Shown piece after piece: positions 1-9,688 of a DNA stretch of 34,811 nucleotides (its first letter is position 1; the number at the start of each line of letters is the position of its first letter). The notes beneath the pieces are model-generated. The model saw nothing but the letters and a program-made list of their open reading frames with translations. It was not told where the DNA came from and searched no databases. A program made the translations under genes and the position numbers. Source of the DNA: an uncultured archaeon (GTDB lineage: Archaea; Asgardarchaeota; Lokiarchaeia; Sigyniarchaeales; SOKP01); contig CAYLZE010000049.1 in assembly GCA_964388035.1 (NCBI GenBank), positions 1 through 34,811 on the forward strand, given 5' to 3'.

Positions 1-389
1 TGCATATTCAATATTTTATCTTTTCTTTCAACCACATCCTCAATTTTAGAGACGAGTATTGAGGAGCTATTTGTTGCTATGATTGAATGAGATAGAGCAG
101 GTTTATCAATTAGAGAAAAAACTTCTTTTTTTAATTCTATTCTTTCTGGGATAGCTTCAATGATAAGATTAGCATCTGCGATAGCTTCGGAAAGATTCTG
201 ATGTTCAGTGACTTCACCAGATATATTTTTTCTTTTCTTTTTTCTCGTTAGTGATCCTGCTATTTTGCATAGCTCCTCAGAGTATATATCAAATATTCGT
301 ATTGTATTATCATATAAGACAAAATGATTAATAATTTGTTTTCCCATAAAGCCAATGCCTATTAAGGCTATAGTTTTTATATCGCTCAT
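1..389 (-). CDS. 3-hydroxyacyl-CoA dehydrogenase family protein, N-terminal NAD-binding domain (runs off the left edge)
   Basis: Not in the ORF track. Manual translation from ATG at 389 gives MSDIKTIALIGIGFMGKQI...ADANLIIEAIPERIELKKEVF...IIATNSSSILVSKI...LNM. This contains the Rossmann GxGxMG, the EAxxExxxxK motif and ATNSSS. An upstream GGGTGA ribosome site is present. Confidence 0.9.
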   Translation of the reverse strand, partial: MSDIKTIALIGIGFMGKQIINHFVLYDNTIRIFDIYSEELCKIAGSLTRKKKRKNISGEVTEHQNLSEAIADANLIIEAIPERIELKKEVFSLIDKPALSHSIIATNSSSILVSKIEDVVERKDKILNM

Positions 390-432
390 TAATATTTCAC
401 CCTTTCTTTTACAATTTTGTAAAAATTGTAAA

Positions 433-900
433 GTGATGACCGGCTCTTCCACAACCTTATACGAGATTGGTTTTATGGATTATAATCTATCCGGGCATAA
501 TCGTTGGATTTGTCTTAGACCCCAGGTATACGAAGAAAAAGATCCGAAAAGATATTTAGATTTGAGAAGAAAAGCGGATACGGAGGATTATTTTATAGCA
601 AGCGTAAATTCAATTGCCGCTTTGGGACAACTATTGGTATAGTTAATAGCGGATCAAGGATTTCAGCGTATCCTTTTGCAGCTAAAAAAGTAATTCTTTG
701 TTGCATGATTTCAAAAAATTACACCTTCTCTAGAAGACGCTATGAATCGAATAAGAGAATATATATATCCTTTAGAAAACGAGAGAGCATTAAAAGCGTA
801 TGGATTTACATCGTCAATAGGAAAATGGGTGATTATTGAAAAAGAAATAATTCGGCATAGAATTACTTTGATTCTTGTTAAAGAAAAGTTAGGATATTAA
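433..900 (+). pseudogene. Degraded LUD-domain (lactate utilisation LutC/YkgG-like) gene
   Basis: Three pieces join into one LUD-like protein. Frame 1 reads GSSTTLYEIG...DYFIASVNSIAALGQLLV to TAG at 640. A shifted frame (642-698) reads NSGSRISAYPFAAKKVIL. Frame 1 resumes at 700 with VA*FQKITPSLEDAMNRIREYIYPLENERALKAYG...RITLILVKEKLGY*. There are two compensating frameshifts and an in-frame TGA at 706, and the 5' end is missing. Confidence 0.75.
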
Positions 901-1005
901 TGTGTTCAATTTATTCTTATTATTCTCATTAGTTTTAAAATTTAATCCTATTTTAAGGAATAAAACCTTTTTTTCAAAGTAACTTATTTATTTCTTGAAT
1001 TTTTT

Positions 1006-1641
1006 ATGAAAATATTAAATGTAAAGGATATTGAAGACTTCTATTTTTCAGAAGCTATGAAAATTTATTTAGATAGCTTCTCTGCAAAAGAAAGACAATC
1101 GATTGAACTTATCCAAAAACAAATTAAAGAGAATCGAAATAAATTATTTATTGGAATAATTAGAAACGATTTAGTTGTTTTTTCATTAATATATAAGTTC
1201 AAAAATCCCAAATTTTATCTTTTAGATTATTACGGTGTTAATCAAAATTATCGTAACCAAAAGATTGGAACTTTTTTTTTAAAAGCATTATTTAAAGAAA
1301 TGAAACTAGACGAAAATGAAATCTTTTTAATCTTTGAAGTAGAAGACCCACTTTACGGAATTAATAGAAACGAAAAAATTAGAAGAGTTCAATTCTATAG
1401 ATCACTTGGTGTAAGACAAATTGGCGGTATGAAATATATTTTACCTCCATTAGATGCTGGAAAAGAATCAACTGATATGATCATTATGATATACCCCATC
1501 CCTAAACATAGAAGCATTACTCAAGAAACATTATTATCACTTGTAAAAGAGCTCTATATTGAAAAATATAATCGAAATCCTAATGATCCGCTACTTACAA
1601 AATGTCTAGGATTTATTCCAAAAAATATACGTTTTATTTAA
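1006..1641 (+). CDS. GNAT-family N-acetyltransferase
   Basis: LLDYYGVNQNYRNQKIG (acetyl-CoA-binding motif A), IFEVEDP, RRVQFYRSLG, YILPPL. Confidence 0.8.
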   Translation: MKILNVKDIEDFYFSEAMKIYLDSFSAKERQSIELIQKQIKENRNKLFIGIIRNDLVVFSLIYKFKNPKFYLLDYYGVNQNYRNQKIGTFFLKALFKEMKLDENEIFLIFEVEDPLYGINRNEKIRRVQFYRSLGVRQIGGMKYILPPLDAGKESTDMIIMIYPIPKHRSITQETLLSLVKELYIEKYNRNPNDPLLTKCLGFIPKNIRFI

Positions 1642-1714
1642 ACTGTAAATTATTTGAAAACTCTAAAATTCGTATAATATTTCTATTAAAAAAAAATAAT
1701 AATATCAGCAGTGA

Positions 1715-1999
1715 TTAACCTTTTTTCAGTAATCTTTTTATCGCTTTTGCTACTGCAAAAGCCATTAATGGAGGAACAGCATTTCCCACTTGTCTGTATC
1801 TTTCCATCATATTTCCGAAAAAACGATTATTATCCGGAAACGATTGTAAGCAAGCTACTTCTCTTCCAGATATTGCTCTATGTTGGATAGGATGTATAAA
1901 TCGGCCTGGAGCACTTACACAACCACAATTTCCCGTGATAGTATCTGCTGGTCTATTTAAATTAAGTCTTCCGTAAATATTAGGATATCCTCCTTTCAA
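1715..1999 (-). pseudogene. C-terminal fragment of a C5-cytosine DNA methyltransferase
   Basis: Contains the end of the target-recognition region (RPADTIT...IHP), motif IX (RAISGREVACLQSFPD) and motif X (YRQVGNAVPP). An in-frame TAG lies just upstream (2003-2005). No motif I (FxGxG) or catalytic PC motif is present. Confidence 0.8.
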
Positions 2000-2252
2000 T
2001 AACTATTTTCTTTTTAAAATGTTGTTATCATGCAATAATCTGAAGAATGATAGTTAATGCAAATATGGTGATATAATTTTATTAAATTGGGATTTTAAGC
2101 TTCAAAACATGTAAGGGATAATAATCCTTACTATAAATTTAAGGAATTAGGATTTGACGAATATAATGAGAAGATTTACCGTGGAAGTGATTTTGCATTA
2201 AAATGGTAAATATTTTTCTCAATTTCTTCTTTTCGGGCGAATTATTGAACCT

Positions 2253-2930
2253 TTACAGTCTTAATTGTTCCAATCTATCCTTCAATTCTCTCAAGATGTA
2301 TTGTCGGAATTGAGATGCATCAAAACGTCCTGAATTGAACTCATAAGGTTCTAAAATTTTTTCGCGGATTCTCATATCAGCTTCTGCTTTTGCTGCTCCT
2401 AAACATACACTATAAAAGTAATAAAACAGAGCGGGTGCCTTAACCGATTTTATTTCTTCTCGATCTACAGCATCTTGTAATAACTGAATGCCTTGTTTAA
2501 TAAACTCAAAAGGGCGATATGATTGTTCTAATTTGCCTTCTTTTTCAGAAGGAGGAGCTGGAACAAAATTCATCATTTGAAATCGTTTATAATTTGAGCT
2601 TGCAAATTCTAAGTATAATTCGGCCCATTTTATGCAAAAATCAATGAAATCTCCTTCATGACTCTCAACTAGTTCATTAAATTCATCTTGATAAGCTTGA
2701 TAATGTTTCATCCTAACGGCAATCCACAATTCTCTCTTGCTTTCCACATAATTATAGAGATTGGCTTCAGACATGTCCAGTCGCCTGGCTAATGCTCGCA
2801 TTCCGAAGCCATAAGGTCCTCTTTTTACGAATAAATCCATGGCTTCATCCAATATTGCATCAAATTGTGCTTCTTTATTTTCTCCTCTCGCTCTCTTCTT
2901 AGTTTTAATTTTCTTTACCATTTTAAACAA
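2253..2930 (-). CDS. TetR/AcrR-family transcriptional regulator
   Basis: ILDEAMDLFVKRGPYGFGMRALARRLDMSEANLYNYVESKREL is a TetR HTH. The start may be the ATG at 2921. Divergent from the radical SAM gene at 3309. Confidence 0.92.
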   Translation of the reverse strand: MFKMVKKIKTKKRARGENKEAQFDAILDEAMDLFVKRGPYGFGMRALARRLDMSEANLYNYVESKRELWIAVRMKHYQAYQDEFNELVESHEGDFIDFCIKWAELYLEFASSNYKRFQMMNFVPAPPSEKEGKLEQSYRPFEFIKQGIQLLQDAVDREEIKSVKAPALFYYFYSVCLGAAKAEADMRIREKILEPYEFNSGRFDASQFRQYILRELKDRLEQLRL

Positions 2931-3230
2931 CCATAGATGGTGCTCAATTTCCTTTAATCAATTTTACAGGAAATGATTCAGTATTATTTTCCTAAATCGT
3001 GGGAATAGGGGGTGATTTAATCTTCAATAATAATTAAGTTTAACTGATTTGGTAATTATGCCATTTTTTAAATGACACTAATAAGCAAATATCCTATAGA
3101 TTTTAAGAATCTTACGATAAAACAGTATTTCTTTAGTTTTATAACCATTTAAGTTTAAAATTCAAAAAAATAAAGAAAATAAAATTTAATTTATATTTGT
3201 ATTCAGGAATAAAAAAGAGGTTTCGAAAAG

Positions 3231-3248
3231 AGGGAAGATTTTTATAAA
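3231..3248 (+). promoter_or_regulatory. Putative archaeal BRE/TATA promoter for the 3309 gene
   Basis: Purine-rich AGGGAAGA followed by TTTTTATAAA, about 60 nt upstream of the GTG start. Confidence 0.4.
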
Positions 3249-3308
3249 ACTGATATTTTTTCTTTTTAACGAAAATTTATCGGTTAAAAAATAAATTATT
3301 GAACTATC

Positions 3309-4790
3309 GTGAAAATTGCCTTAATTAATCCTAGCCCAATTTTAGGAGAAGGAGAACATTTTTATGGACAAAAATGGCCCCCCCTTGGAATATTGTTATT
3401 AGGGACAATCTTGAAGGGGCAAGGACATCAAGTTTACTTGCTGGATCAAGCGAGTACAGAATGCAGCAATGAGAAATTGCTAAAATGGATAAAAAGGGTC
3501 GATCCAGAACTATTAGGATTTTTGACCATGACTGTAGGATTTTTATCAACGATTAAAATATCTGAAATGGTAAAGCAGTGGAATTCAAACATTAAAATTG
3601 TGTTAGGTCATTATCATCCCACACTTTGTGATGATAAAATTTTAAATAAATATCATCATCTTGTAGATTATTGTGTTAGGGGAGAAAATGAATATATTCT
3701 TTCTAATTTGATAAATTTCTTGGAAAAAAAAAATGGGGAGGAGCCTAAGGATATATTAGGTCTCAGTTATTATTTTAACGGAAAATTTAAACGAAATCCC
3801 GATTGTCCTGTAAATAAAAATTTGGATAATTTACCTTTCATTGATCGCTCTTTAATCAATTTTCCCTATCGACAGAATTTAGCCGGTATTGAATTAATGG
3901 ATTCAAAATTAGCTACTACCTTTTTTACTCGTGGTTGTCCTTATGGTTGTAGTTATTGTGCGGTGTCAAAATTTTCAAATAGACAATATAGGTCTAAAAC
4001 TCCCGAGAAGTTAATAGAAGAATTTGGTTATCTAAATTCAAAAGGATATTCTGAAGTTGCTTTTGTAGATGATAATTTTTCATTTAATCTTAAAAATGTG
4101 CTCACATTTTGTAAATTGTTACGGAAAGAGAATCTCGACATGGATTGGCACGTTGAAATGCGTGTGGATAGAGTTTCGAAGCAGTTATTTGAATACATGG
4201 TATCGGCCGGTTGTAAATCGGTAAGTTTTGGAATCGAAAGCGCTAATCAAAGAATCTTAGATTATTACAATAAACGAATCACGCCTACTCAAGCTCTCAC
4301 GGCAATTAAGAAAGCTAAAGAAGCAAAAATGAATTTTATAATCGGCTTATTCATGATAGGTGCCCCATTCGAGACGATAGCCGAGTGTCAAAACACTGCA
4401 AACTTTGCTTTGAAATCAAACGTGGATTATTTCTTTCTGAATGTGGTAGAAACTTGGCCCGGAATTCCAATGTGGGATGATTTGGTATCAAAAGGATTAA
4501 TTAACGAGAATGAACGGTGGGAAGCTTCCACTAGAGTAATGGATTTAACCCATACGGAAGCAGAAAGGCAGAAGATTTTGGATCTAATTACACAAACTTA
4601 TCGGGAATATATTTCTCTTAGTCGAGTAGGTTGGTTGTTCAAGACCATCCCTGATTTAATATTGAACTCGTATAAAAGACGACTTAGTTTGAATTTTCTG
4701 AAACACATGAGAACGGGAGCAAGGACTTTTGTGAGATTAAGAAATCTTAGATTATCGGGATTTGGAAAATATACAATCGATGATAAATGA
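3309..4790 (+). CDS. B12-binding domain (class B) radical SAM enzyme
   Basis: N-terminal cobalamin-binding domain (LINP...PPLG...LGHYHPT...RGE); RGCPYGCSYC (CxxxCxxC), VDDNF, FGIES, FMIGAP. GTG start. Confidence 0.93.
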   Translation: MKIALINPSPILGEGEHFYGQKWPPLGILLLGTILKGQGHQVYLLDQASTECSNEKLLKWIKRVDPELLGFLTMTVGFLSTIKISEMVKQWNSNIKIVLGHYHPTLCDDKILNKYHHLVDYCVRGENEYILSNLINFLEKKNGEEPKDILGLSYYFNGKFKRNPDCPVNKNLDNLPFIDRSLINFPYRQNLAGIELMDSKLATTFFTRGCPYGCSYCAVSKFSNRQYRSKTPEKLIEEFGYLNSKGYSEVAFVDDNFSFNLKNVLTFCKLLRKENLDMDWHVEMRVDRVSKQLFEYMVSAGCKSVSFGIESANQRILDYYNKRITPTQALTAIKKAKEAKMNFIIGLFMIGAPFETIAECQNTANFALKSNVDYFFLNVVETWPGIPMWDDLVSKGLINENERWEASTRVMDLTHTEAERQKILDLITQTYREYISLSRVGWLFKTIPDLILNSYKRRLSLNFLKHMRTGARTFVRLRNLRLSGFGKYTIDDK

Positions 4791-4857
4791 TAATTAAGGA
4801 ATGTGAATCTCATATATCCTGTATAAATCAATTTTATTTAATTTCTATCGAAATATA

Positions 4858-5613
4858 TTATTCTATAACAAGATTCTTGAGAGTAATGAACTCAGCTTTA
4901 GAAGATATAGCTTTTTTAATAAAAGCATTTAATTTTAAGATAAATTGCTCTCCGGTATTAATCCATCTATCCGGTCTGAATAGGAGATTTTTAATCTTAT
5001 CCGCCCTGCTCATTCTTAAAAGAAGTAATTTTTTCATGTTAACAGCTTCCCAAGGATGAAAATCTAAAATGATGAGATTTTTTTTAAAAATACTTCTCTC
5101 CACCAAATTATAGCTTAGATTTAATCTAAAAAACATGGTGTAATCTGAAGGAGGAAATTCAACAATTTGATTGTTATATATCTGATAAAAATGTAAGTTT
5201 TTTAAGTTTCTTATTGAAGAATCGTAATGAAATCCTAGATTACTTAATATTTTAAATAAAAATTTTGGAGGTCTTAAATAAGGTGCTCTAAATCCAATTA
5301 TCTCCGATCTATTACAAATATCCTCTAAGAGTTCTTTGTTCTGATTGATTATATCGTATATTTCCTCAATACTTAAATGATTTAATCGTTCATGATTGAA
5401 ACCATGACAAGCAATCTCATGATCGTTTCGTTCAATTAATTTAATAAGTTCTGGATACCATTTAGCTACATTTCCCGTACAAAAAAAAGTACCTTTAATG
5501 CTATATTTATCCAGAATTCGTAAAATCTTTACTAATCCTGATTTTATACCAAAATCTGTATTTAGAATGTTTGGCAGATCTCTTTCAACATCAAAGGTTA
5601 GTGCAATTTTCAT
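4858..5613 (-). CDS. Polysaccharide deacetylase (CE4/NodB family)
   Basis: LTFDVE, GTFF, HEIACHGFNH, GFRAP, YDSS and FHPWE motifs. Confidence 0.9.
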   Translation of the reverse strand: MKIALTFDVERDLPNILNTDFGIKSGLVKILRILDKYSIKGTFFCTGNVAKWYPELIKLIERNDHEIACHGFNHERLNHLSIEEIYDIINQNKELLEDICNRSEIIGFRAPYLRPPKFLFKILSNLGFHYDSSIRNLKNLHFYQIYNNQIVEFPPSDYTMFFRLNLSYNLVERSIFKKNLIILDFHPWEAVNMKKLLLLRMSRADKIKNLLFRPDRWINTGEQFILKLNAFIKKAISSKAEFITLKNLVIE

Positions 5614-5760
5614 ATTATAAAAAGCAATTAATTTTCGAAGTTAGGGCATTTTTAGCAATTAATTATAAAAAAAATGAATATTTAACGTCTTTAATACCTA
5701 CCTTTTTAATTTTGAAAATCTATTTCACTCACTAGATAACCTCACACAAGAATGTTCATT

Positions 5761-6531
5761 TTAATCATCCTTTTTTGCCAATTCAGAATAAGTGCTTTTC
5801 ATTGAAAAATATTGATTAATTCTTGTCATGCTTCGTTGAAAAGATAGATGCCTTCCGCTCGTTAATACCGAAATGAAATTAAGAGTTTTTATTTTTCCTC
5901 TGTGCATTTTTCGAATCAAATATATTAAAGAATCTGAGAAAACTTTATCAATTCCTAATGAATTTGGAGGCTGTTTAAATCCACCTACTTTAAAAAATAT
6001 ATCCCTCCGGACTATAATATTGCAACCGGAAAGCTCTGGATATCCTAAAAGGGTTTTAAAAAAATAATACATGTGCATGAAGAAATTTTGAAAGAAATAG
6101 GTGGTAATAGTGAATTTTATTGTATTACATAATTTTAAAGAGAGTGCTTTTCCATCAAAATATTTAAATCTGGCGCTACAAGCAAGTAGATTATCATCGT
6201 TTGCGAATATTTTAGCAATTTTATGTAAAAATAATGGTTCTATTAACGTATCGGCATCTAAAAAAAGAATTAATTCACCGGTAGTTTTTGTCATGCCATA
6301 ATTTAGTTGGTTAGCCTTGCCTTTTTGCGGCGATATGTACACTTTAGCGAAATTTTTGGAAATATCTACGGTGTTATCTGTACTTTGTCCATCTATAACT
6401 AAAATCTCAAATGGTGTTTCGCAAATTTGATTTATTACTGCCACTAGCACTTCTTTTATATTATATTCCTCATTATAGGTGGGAATTACTACAGAAATTT
6501 TTGAGATATTAGTAGTGTTAATTATCTTCAC
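5761..6531 (-). CDS. Glycosyltransferase family 2 (soluble, single domain)
   Basis: SVVIPTYNEE, IDGQSTDNT, GKANQLNYG, FLDAD, GGF. GTG start. Confidence 0.92.
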   Translation of the reverse strand: MKIINTTNISKISVVIPTYNEEYNIKEVLVAVINQICETPFEILVIDGQSTDNTVDISKNFAKVYISPQKGKANQLNYGMTKTTGELILFLDADTLIEPLFLHKIAKIFANDDNLLACSARFKYFDGKALSLKLCNTIKFTITTYFFQNFFMHMYYFFKTLLGYPELSGCNIIVRRDIFFKVGGFKQPPNSLGIDKVFSDSLIYLIRKMHRGKIKTLNFISVLTSGRHLSFQRSMTRINQYFSMKSTYSELAKKDD

Positions 6532-6588
6532 TTTTTATGGGAAGTTTAGATAGTTATAAAGAATAAGAATGATTTGAATTTAATTTTG

Positions 6589-8454
6589 TTAGATCTGCCA
6601 CGTTTCAAAGAACTTTGAAATTACATCACATGCCAACTTAGGAGAACCATCTGGTTTAATTAAACCAAATCCTTTTAATTCGTCATCTTTCCATTCATGA
6701 ATGATTATCCCATTAACGAAAATATCTTTCTTTAATAGTTTAAATACTTCAGAAAATGCTTTAGATTGAGCTTTTTCATCATATTCTAATTGAGAAGAAT
6801 TCTCATAAAATTGGATTGGCATTGGTCCGAATTGAATTGGATTTGGTACGGTTTGAAATCCTAATTCTGAGATAATAACGGGTTTTTTAAAATTCTTTAA
6901 ATATTGAACGTGCTGCTTAAAAAATTGAGTTGCTCGATAAATAGGACTAAGTTTAAGCGTTTTTACTTTTACACCAGGTAACAATTCCATGTATTTTGAA
7001 AAGACGTCACTAAAATAAAGATTACAACAAATAATATCGAAGTGTTTCCACGGTACAATTCTAGTTTCCCAAGAACCGCACGCATACGATACTATGCCAT
7101 TGAATTCTTCCCGGACTTTTTTGGATAAATTTTCTAAATAACCCGTGAGTTCATTTTTTTCTTTTCCAATTTTATCAAGTTTTAGGAGGGGTGTACCGGG
7201 AACACCGGGAGTTAATTCTAAAAGAGAAGGAGTAAATTGGGAGAAAAATTCTTCATTAAATCTATTAACATGACCAGATTTGTCATCACTAAGTTCTAAA
7301 CTTAACTCATTTCCGATACAAAAAATATCAACTCCTGCCTCCCGAGCTTTTTTTGCATGCATCAAGCAAAAATCTTCAAATTCCTCGTATGTTAATGAAG
7401 CATCTAATTGTGGTTTATCAAGTCCTTCAGGATAGACGTATTTTGGAGATAAAATAACGTTAAGTCCGAGCTCTTTAGCCACGGAAACAAGATCATAAAC
7501 ATTACTTTCTGGTTTCATGGCATCAAGCCGGATGGTATTAATGTTCATGGTTTTTATTGCATTTTTCAATTGCGCTTTAAATTCACGAGGATTTGTTGGG
7601 ATCCATCCCATCGATTCATGTAGAAAATGGATACCCTTAAAAAGTCCATAAACACCCGCAAAAGCATTAATGCGTTTTAATCCTTTTTTAAGAAAGAGAT
7701 CCACGAATCCGGGGAACATTTGAAATGGTCTGGCAGTCCATCCCATCAATTCTACGGTATTTACTTTACCTTTTTTTAACATTTTGAAAATTTTATCTTG
7801 ATCCTTCGGGTTATTAATGCCGGGACCAATGATATTAAAATAGCGTCCAATCTGGTGAACCGTATGAGCATCATCTGATCCTAGAATAAACATTTGAGGA
7901 CGTAATTCCAAAAGATATGAACACATAGAATTAAGAAAAGGGGGTAGATCGGCGTGGAAATACTCAATTCCATCAAACTGGAACTTTTTTATTTCTGAAA
8001 TTTTTAACCCGCCAAATGTTCTAAAGATTCCTTCAACGGGATGAAAAGGATGAGCTATTACTGCTAAACCACCTTGTTCATGAGTTTTTTCGATAACTTC
8101 TTGAATGGGTATCTTTTCTCCCAGTTTTACTGGAATTTCAGCATCCAAACCATAAGAAAGAATATCCCCGTGCTCACTATCAACTTCTTCCGCACAGATG
8201 TATCCACATTGGGGGTACTTTTCTTTTATATATGCCCTGGCATGATCAGCCACTCTTATATTATTATGATCCGTCAATGCAATTAGATTTACTCCGGCTT
8301 TAACCAAGTGATCAATAACTTCGCGATATTCCGCCCCATCAGAAAAATTAGTATGATTATGTGAAGAGAAGATGAGATATCCTTCCTTCTTTAATTGTTC
8401 TAATTCATTTTTTGAAATTCTTCTAACTTCAGGTACTTGAATTCCATTAGACAT
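6589..8454 (-). CDS. Fusion of a PHP-domain metallophosphoesterase and a clan GH-A-like glycoside hydrolase TIM barrel
   Basis: The N-half has PHP metal ligands HNHTNFSDG, TDHN, EEV, AHP and GSDDAH. The C-half has NTIR, IGNEL (acid/base NE), VSYA...W...FDII, KPVIISELG (nucleophile E) and GFGL...KLA. Confidence 0.8.
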   Translation of the reverse strand: MSNGIQVPEVRRISKNELEQLKKEGYLIFSSHNHTNFSDGAEYREVIDHLVKAGVNLIALTDHNNIRVADHARAYIKEKYPQCGYICAEEVDSEHGDILSYGLDAEIPVKLGEKIPIQEVIEKTHEQGGLAVIAHPFHPVEGIFRTFGGLKISEIKKFQFDGIEYFHADLPPFLNSMCSYLLELRPQMFILGSDDAHTVHQIGRYFNIIGPGINNPKDQDKIFKMLKKGKVNTVELMGWTARPFQMFPGFVDLFLKKGLKRINAFAGVYGLFKGIHFLHESMGWIPTNPREFKAQLKNAIKTMNINTIRLDAMKPESNVYDLVSVAKELGLNVILSPKYVYPEGLDKPQLDASLTYEEFEDFCLMHAKKAREAGVDIFCIGNELSLELSDDKSGHVNRFNEEFFSQFTPSLLELTPGVPGTPLLKLDKIGKEKNELTGYLENLSKKVREEFNGIVSYACGSWETRIVPWKHFDIICCNLYFSDVFSKYMELLPGVKVKTLKLSPIYRATQFFKQHVQYLKNFKKPVIISELGFQTVPNPIQFGPMPIQFYENSSQLEYDEKAQSKAFSEVFKLLKKDIFVNGIIIHEWKDDELKGFGLIKPDGSPKLACDVISKFFETWQI

Positions 8455-8511
8455 TGTATATAGTTTTAAGTAATAAATACAATTTAAGATTTATAGAGAA
8501 TTAAAATATTA
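8455..8511. promoter_or_regulatory. Compact divergent promoter region
   Basis: Only 57 bp separate the divergent start codons. TTTATA lies at 8490-8495 on + and CTTAAAT at 8488-8482 on -. Confidence 0.5.
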
Positions 8512-9615
8512 ATGGATAGAATGAATAAAGGATTCATAATCTCATTTGGTTTCTTATTAATTAGTGCAATTGCGATAATTTTATTTATTATCAACAAGAT
8601 ATTTTTCCCTATATCTTGGATCGAGTCTTTAACATATTATGTGGAATTCTTTTTACTATTAATTTTCTATGATATCAGCATTTACTTTTATGGGGTTAGT
8701 TTAATTGCTTATGTTTTGCTATTGCCGCTATTTGTATTGGGATATAATTTATCAAAAACCAAACAATTAACGGGTTCAATCTTATATGTGTCAAGTTTAT
8801 TTGGATTTGCTTTTATCACATTCATTATTATTAATTATAACTACGTCGGACTCTTATTTAATGTAGATTTATCCCTAACAACGCGGCTTAGCCTTATTTT
8901 GCTTTTTTTACCGGTAAATTTTGCTTTTAGTTTCGTATTATTTTTAGCTTCTATTGATCAATTTATTTTTCTTAAGGATTTAGTCCAAGCACGTAAGGTA
9001 TGGAATCATAAATTGTTAAATTACGACATTGAAACGAAAGGAAAAATGACGTATATCAACATTGAGACAAACGAACACATCTTTACCCCCATTCCGATGC
9101 TAATAATCGCAAAATATCTTCAAACCGAAGGATACTCGATAGCTTGGTTTGTCAAAGGGGCATTTAATCACTTATTCTCACTAATTATAACTTATTTGAC
9201 GGGATGGCCACGAGCCCGGAATGTATTATTTCGTTTATTGGGATTGAAAATTGGAGATAATTGCCATATCTCTGAAAGAACAGTTATTGATCCTCTTCTT
9301 CCAGAATTAATAGAATTTGAAAATGGAAGTGGGTGTGGAATTGGCGTCAAGCTCTTCACACATAATGCCATGAACATCAAACATGGAAGTTTTAGTTTCG
9401 GACCCATAAAGGTCTGCGAAAATGCAAGAATAGGAGCATATTCTCTTATTTTACCGGGAGTCACCATCGGAAAAGGCTCGATAATTGGAGCAAATTCCGT
9501 AGTAACGGAGGACATTCCACCTTACTCAATCGCTCATGGTTCTCCTGCAAGAATTATACGTGAAATGACAGAAGAAGAAAAGGAAGAAGTAAATAAGCAG
9601 TTTGAATTAATATAA
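8512..9615 (+). CDS. Membrane-anchored hexapeptide-repeat (left-handed beta-helix) acyltransferase
   Basis: About 4-5 hydrophobic helices in the first 150 aa. Then LLGLKIGDNCHI...FTH...IGAYSLILPGVTIGKGSIIGANSVVTEDIPPYSIAHGSPARII, the maltose/galactoside O-acetyltransferase-type C-terminus. Confidence 0.85.
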   Translation: MDRMNKGFIISFGFLLISAIAIILFIINKIFFPISWIESLTYYVEFFLLLIFYDISIYFYGVSLIAYVLLLPLFVLGYNLSKTKQLTGSILYVSSLFGFAFITFIIINYNYVGLLFNVDLSLTTRLSLILLFLPVNFAFSFVLFLASIDQFIFLKDLVQARKVWNHKLLNYDIETKGKMTYINIETNEHIFTPIPMLIIAKYLQTEGYSIAWFVKGAFNHLFSLIITYLTGWPRARNVLFRLLGLKIGDNCHISERTVIDPLLPELIEFENGSGCGIGVKLFTHNAMNIKHGSFSFGPIKVCENARIGAYSLILPGVTIGKGSIIGANSVVTEDIPPYSIAHGSPARIIREMTEEEKEEVNKQFELI

Positions 9616-9688
9616 AGGAAGATAAAAAATTAATAGCATGTATTGATTAGCATTTTCACCAGATCCTTAGAATAAAATAGGTATAGAA

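Noticed and set aside
355-642. 95-aa ORF as an intact gene
   Set aside because: Its 5' part overlaps the antisense dehydrogenase start, and the remainder is a piece of the LUD pseudogene.
706-708. In-frame TGA as selenocysteine or recoding
   Set aside because: It sits where Gly (GGA) is expected, in a gene that also has two frameshifts and a truncation. TGA serves as a normal stop elsewhere (11137, 29246).
1715-1999. Functional restriction-modification system
   Set aside because: The SAM-binding and catalytic motifs are absent and no endonuclease was seen.
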